Positions 26,801 through 32,000 of a stretch of DNA of 32,000 bases are shown in pieces (position 1 is the first letter of the stretch; each line of letters opens with the position of its first letter). A program made the translations under genes and the position numbers. The notes under the pieces are model-generated. The model searched no databases, was not told where the DNA came from, and worked only from the letters and a program-made list of their open reading frames with translations. The DNA comes from Ignicoccus hospitalis KIN4/I. Lineage in GTDB: Archaea > Thermoproteota > Thermoprotei_A > Sulfolobales > Ignicoccaceae. Location: positions 300,001 through 332,000 of the forward strand of contig NC_009776.1 of the NCBI RefSeq assembly GCF_000017945.1, written 5' to 3'.

Positions 26801-27824
26801 CGCTGTACTGGACCAAGGAGTCCGGCCTCATTGGCGCGGGGGCGGTGAAGTTGAACGTTAGGACTCCGGAGCTCCTCCACAAGGGCTTCTCGGCGGTTAA
26901 GTTAGTGAAGGTGTAGCTCCAAGGCAAGTAGGAGCCGGCGCTCCAGCTCACTTGGTATACTTGCGGCGTGGAAGTTATCCTCATTACCGTTATGTTCCTC
27001 AGGTACACGTAGTCCAAGTAGTACCTCAAGGGGCTGCTCGCCGGGGCGGCCTTCTCCACTATATCTTTGAGGTCTATGACTACGCTGGTGGGCACGTAGT
27101 TCCTAGTCCCGCTGAACTCTGGGTTCAGTATTAGCGCAATTTGGTAGGCGTAGTTGTCGCCTACCACGGTCTTGGGCGGAGGGCATATGTACTGCAGCGG
27201 GTTAACGTTCCCCCCGGCCAGCACCGTTATCGGGCCTATTGAGAACACCGTGGTAGTTTGCTGGATCGTGGTCTGCTGGAGGACGCCGCCCGTGGTCTTT
27301 AAGCAGTCGTCCACCTCTTTCCACCCCACGCCTTCTATCAACATCCTGACCGAGTAGACCTTATCTCCCTCTCCCAAGTTGATAACCAAGGCTGCTGGTA
27401 TCTTGAGCGTACCAAACTCTTTGTATATCGGCTCGTAGTTGTGCTGGCAAGCGCTAGTTACTTTAGTGTTGCTAGAAATCCACTTGTCCTTAGTGTAAAT
27501 CTTCGAGACGTTCGACGTCCCCGAGCTCATGTAGACTTGAATGGCCTTCACGTATTGGCAGAAGGCCGGTATGTCGTTGGTCTTTATCACTAGGACTGGG
27601 CCCTCGGCCCAGGGGTCCTTCTTAATGAACACGTAACACGCGGACAAGCTCTGAGCCACGCTCGTGGCCAGCTGCTGCCTCTGGACCGCTTGAACGGTCT
27701 TCTCGCTTATCGCTACTTGTTTGCTGAGCACGTTTACCATTAGAACTACAGCCGCCAGCAGTATGCTAACTATCACTATGAGCGCTATTAGCCCCGCTAC
27801 CCCGCCCTTCTTTACTTCCGTCAC
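23799..27824 (-). CDS. 1341-aa surface protein: prepilin-type N-terminus, DUF2341-like and LamG/concanavalin-like modules, sequon-rich C-terminus
   Basis: GTG start. The N-terminus MTEVKKGGVAGLIALIVIVSILLAAVVLMV is the only hydrophobic segment. The block YKITIENPNSEALFDQVIRVKL...DGYVWVKVPYLPAGGKVTLTVLVGENGAS spans aa ~424-535. SFSVVAVVRWDG...KKYMIVATFNNATDKWEVYVKS lies within aa ~545-770. I count about 27 N-x-S/T sequons by hand. Confidence 0.85.
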   Translation of the reverse strand: MTEVKKGGVAGLIALIVIVSILLAAVVLMVNVLSKQVAISEKTVQAVQRQQLATSVAQSLSACYVFIKKDPWAEGPVLVIKTNDIPAFCQYVKAIQVYMSSGTSNVSKIYTKDKWISSNTKVTSACQHNYEPIYKEFGTLKIPAALVINLGEGDKVYSVRMLIEGVGWKEVDDCLKTTGGVLQQTTIQQTTTVFSIGPITVLAGGNVNPLQYICPPPKTVVGDNYAYQIALILNPEFSGTRNYVPTSVVIDLKDIVEKAAPASSPLRYYLDYVYLRNITVMRITSTPQVYQVSWSAGSYLPWSYTFTNLTAEKPLWRSSGVLTFNFTAPAPMRPDSLVQYSAVVCLYLGIAGQYPKGSDGTPFDGKILEHEVKFPGLAYPCASFSGYDVCYAPAANLTTTYAVNVTTASGLKFLGLQYPVDSTVRSYKITIENPNSEALFDQVIRVKLPAQLNATPITIIDELGAPVKFCYETVVGNCTSVPVQRNGPARSDGYVWVKVPYLPAGGKVTLTVLVGENGASDPREVFPVYVDFYGARVELDSYSWTWNFPGYAFTMTGVVFDDPQNKLNFVANRNSFSVVAVVRWDGAFNFADEDQLNYYIDPTWRDDSFFIRAPYVGYWLFPIAYQTDPTTGTGWMLAIYRGAPALFQITNYGYRIIPKAVAPTTLVPGKKYMIVATFNNATDKWEVYVKSLETLEGSLPPSPVLGDVLSEINQVSSGGGLASLMYELFNGNTPAFVISDASRYYDYNIDEETMAAFSGVIYNVTVYGDSFDSLQTAFQCFEAYDAAQCPPVYAYTLEPDAHGLYAYVAGAGKEKAKVYMLYWYPYRLGRPRISFPQLYDYSNSDGCLPLVGQINATIVKGLQVVKSTIYGAPLNGEPGVVTCTPLWKAAETVRAGIINAQRNGIVLNSTWLSQRVVWNFWLWPEVPRGSFYEVRVGMNGGSYGDYFGGWNIIYPYVPGAVSDGKSWLKWMLYEDVDDWHRFVTSRNGFWSNAWRSYLVEYASEPAYKLSSPDKVYYNVVKYDLSTPAVYFNIHENGPLGELFYYGTLDLSAYKLKVEYSQLLPDQVKYIGFSYADRNNATTVSKLGTDDRVYYYMFVRTLPKIPLDDYVTVEVPDVYSPKVDAPIVYVKSKGYAVINVTGPYNATLQVDVLGNLTSLQLNEYGSYATTKNPFYNYTDFMTNVTVAAFWNGELAWHNSTSGLPTVFAAKLNLPVSSADKWNAVAFNKTAELLSTNVTNYYNNLTLAVSLTDDYLITFNNMTTKVDDVKSFVIGLSNDDYGAVPPLIVIMRSYANNTSKNVDAILTWSSLTKPSELNGTSIIMINKANWHVLVNGPYCVKCS

Positions 27825-27879
27825 TGTAAAGCCACCGTAGGACCGCTGTGCCGACGAGAGTTTTAATGGAGGAATTGCC

Positions 27880-27895
27880 GTTTTCGTACGGAAAC
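27880..27895. promoter_or_regulatory. 16-bp near-perfect palindrome (GTTTTCGTACGGAAAC) in the divergent promoter region of the pilin-like module
   Basis: 7 of 8 half-site positions are complementary; the exception is a T/G pair. It lies between a minus-strand ATTAAAA (27861-27867, 37-43 nt upstream of the giant gene's GTG) and TTAAAG (27921-27926, 23-28 nt upstream of the TTG at 27949). Confidence 0.3.
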
Positions 27896-27948
27896 ACTTG
27901 CTGGCACTCCTAAAGCTCGGTTAAAGGCGGCGGAGGGGGAGCTCGCGC

Positions 27949-28521
27949 TTGAAGAGGGCTCAGAGCGAGCTGCTGGCGGCGATGCTGCTAGCAGCCATAG
28001 TGCTGGGGGCCCTCACTTGGTTGGTGGCCCAGTGGGAGAAAGGGGTCGGGAACTTGATCAAGAGGGTAAACGAAGTGACCGTCCGTTCCGCCAAGCTCTC
28101 TATAAGGATAGACTGCAGCGGGAACTACCTCGTCTTCCTAGACCCTACGGTCCCTTCCGTCATTGACGCCGAGTCCACAGAGTATAACAACTTACGCTAC
28201 TGTTACGCGGAACTGGGAGCTAGCTCCTACAAGGCCTACTTCGTCCTGCCCTTCTATTGCAACGGGGAGCCCAGCGCCTACTTCATCTTCGGCACTTTCT
28301 CGAGGAATCCAGTAGACAACGTGACTTTGTACACCTTTAAGCCCTCATCGTCCAGCGCCGTAGTGCCTCAAGTGGCCTGCGACAAGATAAACTTCATGCC
28401 TTTCGCGACTTTACACATAGTCTTTCCCGACTCAAGCGAGAAGGTGGTTTCTTGCTTCACTAACATAACTTTGGTCAACGGCGAGTACTTGTGGGGTGTG
28501 TCCTCATGCGTAGGGGCCTAG
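27949..28521 (+). CDS. prepilin-like protein (class III signal peptide)
   Basis: MKRAQSELLAAMLLAAIVLGALTWLV has a short basic N-terminus, a small residue, a QSE motif and a hydrophobic helix. The mature part has 6 Cys and 2 sequons. TTG start with GGAGG 12 nt upstream. Confidence 0.65.
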   Translation: MKRAQSELLAAMLLAAIVLGALTWLVAQWEKGVGNLIKRVNEVTVRSAKLSIRIDCSGNYLVFLDPTVPSVIDAESTEYNNLRYCYAELGASSYKAYFVLPFYCNGEPSAYFIFGTFSRNPVDNVTLYTFKPSSSSAVVPQVACDKINFMPFATLHIVFPDSSEKVVSCFTNITLVNGEYLWGVSSCVGA

Positions 28522-29006
28522 GCGCTCTGGAAGTGGCGATACTGAGTGCGGTGACCGTGGTCGCGGCGGCGCTGTTGGGCTCCGCGCTCTTGCGCCCGCC
28601 GGCGGAGCCGCAAACGCCAGCGCTCGTAGAGGTGGAAGCGGCAGTGGCCCTAGGGCCTCAGAAGGACTCGGCGGGTCAGACGGTGAGCGCGTCTCAGCAG
28701 TGCTCGGAGCTGGCGTCCGCGCTCTACGCCGAGGGCCTCCTATCGTCAAAGAAGATCATCGAAATTGGAAACTCCGGCGCGACCTACGCTTACGCAGTCC
28801 TAATACGCGTGATGAGCCCCGGGGAGGTGAAGGGGGTGAAGCTCAGCAGCTTGGAGACCGGACAAACCCTATTCGTCGCTCAGAAGAGGGTGGCGCTCTC
28901 CCCCGGGAGGTACTTGTTGTGCGTCTATCGCGACAAGTACTACCCGAGCTCAGTGGTGGAGCTCCTCGGGGCCTCTGAGGTGTGCGTCAGCTGCGCAGTG
29001 CGCTGA
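28506..29006 (+). CDS. prepilin-like protein (class III signal; twin-arginine signal is an alternative reading)
   Basis: From ATG 28506 it reads MRRGLGALEVAILSAVTVVAAALLGSALL. A cut after RRG would put Glu at +5, as in type IV pilins. It overlaps the upstream gene by 16 nt. The track start at 28491 (GTG) is also possible. Confidence 0.6.
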   Translation: MRRGLGALEVAILSAVTVVAAALLGSALLRPPAEPQTPALVEVEAAVALGPQKDSAGQTVSASQQCSELASALYAEGLLSSKKIIEIGNSGATYAYAVLIRVMSPGEVKGVKLSSLETGQTLFVAQKRVALSPGRYLLCVYRDKYYPSSVVELLGASEVCVSCAVR

Positions 29007-29595
29007 GGACTTTTTGTATCTCCTCCTCGCTTATGGGCCCCCTCCTCAAGACCTTTACCTTCTTACCCTCTACCTCGACCACAGTTGACGGCGTGCCCTC
29101 GACGGGGCCCATGTCTATTAACAAGTCGGCCTCCACGGTCACCTCTTCCGCGCTCTTGGGACTCTTGCCCCCGCTCAGGTTGGCAGAAGTGACCGCCAAG
29201 GGGCCCACGAGCTCCAAGAGCTTGAGCGCGAACGGGTGGGCGGGCACCCTCACCCCGACCTTGCCCGTCCCCGCGGTGACGGCCTCGGGGAGCCAAGGCT
29301 TGGCCTTCACCACTATGGTCAGAGGCCCGGGCCAGAAGGCCTTGGCCAGAGCCTCCGCCGCCTCGTCGAACTCGCCGACCTCCCGGTGCCTCCCCAAGGG
29401 CGTCTGCACGGGTAAGGGCTTGTCCCTCGGCCTCCTCTTGGCCTCGTATATCTTCTCCGCGAACTCCAGCTTAGACGCTATGCCGTAGACGGTCTCAGTA
29501 GGGATGATTACGAGCCCCCCGGACTCCAAAACTTCCTTCGCCTCGATTAAGGCCCTCCGAACATCCTCCTCGCTCCTAGGCCTGAGGACCCTCAA
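28987..29595 (-). CDS. tsaC: L-threonylcarbamoyladenylate synthase (YrdC/TsaC-type, single domain)
   Basis: IIPTETVYGIAS, KRRPRDKPL, PGPLT and VTSANLSGG motifs. 202 aa. The TTG start overlaps the tatC TGA. Confidence 0.85.
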   Translation of the reverse strand: MRVLRPRSEEDVRRALIEAKEVLESGGLVIIPTETVYGIASKLEFAEKIYEAKRRPRDKPLPVQTPLGRHREVGEFDEAAEALAKAFWPGPLTIVVKAKPWLPEAVTAGTGKVGVRVPAHPFALKLLELVGPLAVTSANLSGGKSPKSAEEVTVEADLLIDMGPVEGTPSTVVEVEGKKVKVLRRGPISEEEIQKVLSALRS

Positions 29596-30527
29596 CTCCC
29601 TCCCTTGTAGTTGAACTCGAACGAAGGGGTTTTTTGTTGCCTCTCCCTCAGAGCCCTCTCAGCCATAATTATTGCCAAGTAATAGAGCACGAACATGGGT
29701 ATGCCTATCGCCAGCATGCTTATCCCGGTCCCTCCGGGGGTTATTACAGCGGCCAAGAACATTATCGCGAGGAACGCGATTCTCAAGTTCCTCCCCTTGA
29801 GCTGTTCCGGCCTCAAGAGCCCCAACAAGACCAAGTAGTAAACCACTATAGGCAGCAAGAAAGAGAGGCCGGTTATTATAGCCGTCATGACGGCGAACTC
29901 TATTATGTCGGAGAGGCACCAGATGCTCTGGGCGCCGGCGGCTTGGCCGAAGAACACCACGAGCTCGAAGCCGAAGGGGACCACGACGGTGAAGGCGAAC
30001 AGCTCGCCGAGCAAGAACAGCCCGAAGGTGGCTAGGACCCCGTTGCGGAGCATCCTCCTCTCGTGCTCGTGGAGCGCGGGCCACAAGTAGCACAAGAACT
30101 GGTATATTATATAGGGGGCAGAAATCACCAGGGCGCCCCAAATTATAACCATGACGTAGGCGTTGAACAAGCTCTCAGCGTGACATATTACGGGCTTAAC
30201 CCCCATGTGCATAATTGCCAACGTTATTATTCTGAGGAGCGCAACCATCGCCGGTACGTAGCCTATCCACTTTATCAGCTCCGCTATGTACTGGGCCCCT
30301 ACGGCGTTGCCCACGTCCTCGGGGCTGCAGTACAAGTGCATGAGGGGACACGTGACCCAGTTTATGGGGAAGAGGGCCACTAAGAGTAAGGCTAAGAAGA
30401 AGGCGACTATGGACCTCCTTATAGTCTTTAACAACTCCTCCAAGTGGTAGGTGATGTCTTCTACCCTCTCCGCCTCTTCAACGTTGCACTCGAAGGGGGA
30501 CTTCAGCTTCTTTATCAATGACTTCAA
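29592..30527 (-). CDS. tatC: twin-arginine translocase subunit TatC
   Basis: ITYHLEELLKTIRRSIVAFF (HLxELRxR-like), YLWPALHEHERR (the PALY..E motif) and six hydrophobic segments. 311 aa. Confidence 0.85.
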   Translation of the reverse strand: MKSLIKKLKSPFECNVEEAERVEDITYHLEELLKTIRRSIVAFFLALLLVALFPINWVTCPLMHLYCSPEDVGNAVGAQYIAELIKWIGYVPAMVALLRIITLAIMHMGVKPVICHAESLFNAYVMVIIWGALVISAPYIIYQFLCYLWPALHEHERRMLRNGVLATFGLFLLGELFAFTVVVPFGFELVVFFGQAAGAQSIWCLSDIIEFAVMTAIITGLSFLLPIVVYYLVLLGLLRPEQLKGRNLRIAFLAIMFLAAVITPGGTGISMLAIGIPMFVLYYLAIIMAERALRERQQKTPSFEFNYKGGS

Positions 30528-30675
30528 CGCTTCCGTGTCCCAGCCCCTTGGGGGCTAGCTAGATTTAGGCTTGCGGGTCGGTCGAGGCTCTCCGTTCACC
30601 GCCTCACCCCTTACGAGCTACCTCATCCCCGCGGGCGCCTCAAAAGCTCTCGTCCGGCCCCTCGGGGGGCGGGCG

Positions 30676-31179
30676 TTGAAGGTAGTTGTGGGGAGCGCCA
30701 ACCTCGTCAAGGTGAGAGCCGTAAAGGAGGCCTTGGAAGAGCTGGGGATAGAGGCGGAGGTGGAGGCCTTAGAAGTCCCCAGCGGGGTGCCCCCGCTCCC
30801 AGTGGGGGAGGAGGTCTTCCGGGGGGCGGAGAACAGGGCCTCGGCCGCCGCCGAGCGCGGCGACGTAGGAGTGGGCTTGGAGTCTGGACTCTTCCTCTTG
30901 AATGGGAAGTTGTTCATGATATCGGTGGCAGCCGTGAAGGCAGAGGGACTCCACTTCGGCCTGTCCCCAGGCTTCGAGCTGCCGGAGTCGTGGGCCCCTA
31001 AGGTACTGAAGGACACGTCGGAATTCTACAAGATGATGGAGGCGTACGGGGGGAGGGAGTTGGGGAAGGGGAAAGGGTTGGTGGGGGTCCTCACGAAGGG
31101 CGTGGTGACGAGGAAGGACTTCTGTAAGATGGCCGTCATAATGGCGTTTTCAAAGGCGTTTAACGAGGTTTGGCGGTAG
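30676..31179 (+). CDS. yjjX: inosine/xanthosine triphosphatase (YjjX / DUF84 NTPase)
   Basis: VVGSANLVKVRAVKEAL, VPSGVPPLPVGEEVFRGAENRA, GLVGVLTKGVVTRKDF and AVIMAF parallel E. coli YjjX as I recall it. The start is moved to TTG 30676, because the track's N-terminal extension from 30571 is not protein-like. Confidence 0.8.
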   Translation: MKVVVGSANLVKVRAVKEALEELGIEAEVEALEVPSGVPPLPVGEEVFRGAENRASAAAERGDVGVGLESGLFLLNGKLFMISVAAVKAEGLHFGLSPGFELPESWAPKVLKDTSEFYKMMEAYGGRELGKGKGLVGVLTKGVVTRKDFCKMAVIMAFSKAFNEVWR

Positions 31180-31245
31180 TCGAACATAATATCAGACCAG
31201 CGTCTTAACTCCGCCTCCCCTTAGAGGGCGCGGAGCGGTGAAACC

Positions 31246-32000
31246 TTGGTCGGCATAGCGGGCTGGGGGGCCTACGTGCCCCTCTACAGAGTCTCCACAG
31301 AAGAGATAGCGCTTCACTGGGGCTCCGACCCTAAGGTCCCCTTATCCTTGGGCGTGAAGGAGAAGTCCGTCGCGGGGCCTGACGAGGACTCGGTAACCAT
31401 AGCGTGGGAGGCCGCGGTAAACGCCTTGACGAGGGCCCAAGTGGACCCTAAAGACGTAGGGATGGTCTTCATAGGCTCCGAGTCCAAGCCCTACGCGGTC
31501 AAGCCCTCCTCCACGATAATTGCCGACGCCCTAGGGATAGCTCCAGAGACCATGGCAGTGGACGCGGAGTTCGCTTGCAGGGCAGCAAGCGAGGGCTTGC
31601 GCCACGCGCTGGTCTTGGTGAGCGAGGGGGCGGTGAGGCACGCGTTGATAATAGGGACCGACACCGCCCAAGGGGCGCCCGGGGACGTCTTGGAGTACAC
31701 GGCCGCCTCCGGCGGGGCGGCCTTCGTGGTCTCCAACGAAAACGTCGTCGCCAACTTCCTCGACGCCTACACCTTCGTTACCGATACCCCGGACTTCTGG
31801 AGGCGCGACGGGAGCCAGTTCCCCGCCCACGGGGAGGGCTTCACCGGGGAGCCGGCCTACTTCTACCACTTGTACAACGCCATAAAAGAGCTGATGGAGA
31901 GGAACTCGTTAAAGCCCTCGGACGTGGCCTACTTCGTCCCCCACCAGCCCAACGTGAGGTTCCCCATGAAGCTGGCGAAGATGTTGGGCTTCAAGAGGGA
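31246..32000 (+). CDS. hydroxymethylglutaryl-CoA synthase, archaeal type (partial, runs off the right edge)
   Basis: My own translation from TTG 31246 reads VGIAGWGAYVPLYRVSTEEIALHWG...GSESKPYAVKPSSTIIADALG...AVDAEFACRAASEGL...GTDTAQGAPGD..EYTAASGGAAFVV...PHQPN. This is a thiolase-fold condensing enzyme with the archaeal HMGCS pattern. It is not in the ORF track because it has no stop inside the window. Confidence 0.85.
   Translation, partial: MVGIAGWGAYVPLYRVSTEEIALHWGSDPKVPLSLGVKEKSVAGPDEDSVTIAWEAAVNALTRAQVDPKDVGMVFIGSESKPYAVKPSSTIIADALGIAPETMAVDAEFACRAASEGLRHALVLVSEGAVRHALIIGTDTAQGAPGDVLEYTAASGGAAFVVSNENVVANFLDAYTFVTDTPDFWRRDGSQFPAHGEGFTGEPAYFYHLYNAIKELMERNSLKPSDVAYFVPHQPNVRFPMKLAKMLGFKR

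Noticed and set aside
24115-27357. Multiple plus-strand ORFs (60-175 aa) antisense to the giant gene
   Set aside because: They have low-complexity R/V/H/G-rich translations typical of antisense frames. They are all nested within one uninterrupted 4-kb ORF that has domain-like content.
30528-30675. 148-nt GC-rich spacer between tatC and yjjX, covered by a 35-codon N-terminal ORF extension; possible structured RNA
   Set aside because: The extension (MRVGRGSPFTASPLTSYLIPAGASKALVRPLGGRA) is not protein-like, and YjjX homologues start at the VVGSAN motif. Weak TATA-like elements for both divergent genes account for the spacer. I found no convincing extended helices by eye.

Overview
Gene-dense, GC-rich chromosomal segment from a hyperthermophilic crenarchaeon, probably Desulfurococcales / Ignicoccus-Aeropyrum-like. 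Supporting signs: K/E/R-rich proteins, AGG/ATA/AAG codon bias, many GTG/TTG starts, an intron-containing tRNA with a bulge-helix-bulge motif, class V FBP aldolase/phosphatase, archaeal-type PEP carboxylase, Pus10, a Clp1-type kinase and archaeal HMG-CoA synthase. I support about 36 protein genes, one disrupted gene and one tRNA. Most of the window is housekeeping, with many tRNA/translation functions: pus10, a B3/B4-domain protein, tyrS, tRNA-Pro, proS, a Clp1-like kinase and tsaC. It also carries purA, a nucleoside phosphorylase, fbp, hypB, sfsA, tatA and tatC (unlinked), a radical SAM enzyme, yjjX and an HMG-CoA synthase fragment. No CRISPR array, transposase, integrase or rRNA is visible. 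Five things are not housekeeping. (1) At 23.8-29.0 kb a 1341-aa sequon-rich surface protein has a prepilin-type N-terminus and DUF2341-like and LamG-like modules; it is divergently paired with two small prepilin-like genes, and no pilus assembly genes are in the window. (2) At 7.8-8.6 kb a fourth prepilin-like gene is broken by an in-frame TAG and two +1 frame changes at G/C runs. (3) At 18.4-20.6 kb a two-gene unit encodes a bitopic protein with a roughly 320-aa extracytoplasmic coiled coil, in a markedly AT-rich stretch. (4) Six same-strand gene junctions are TTGA, a TTG start nested in a TGA stop, and two convergent junctions are TTAG stop/stop overlaps. (5) Several small coupled gene pairs have unknown function. 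All domain calls are from reading the translations by eye; no searches were run.
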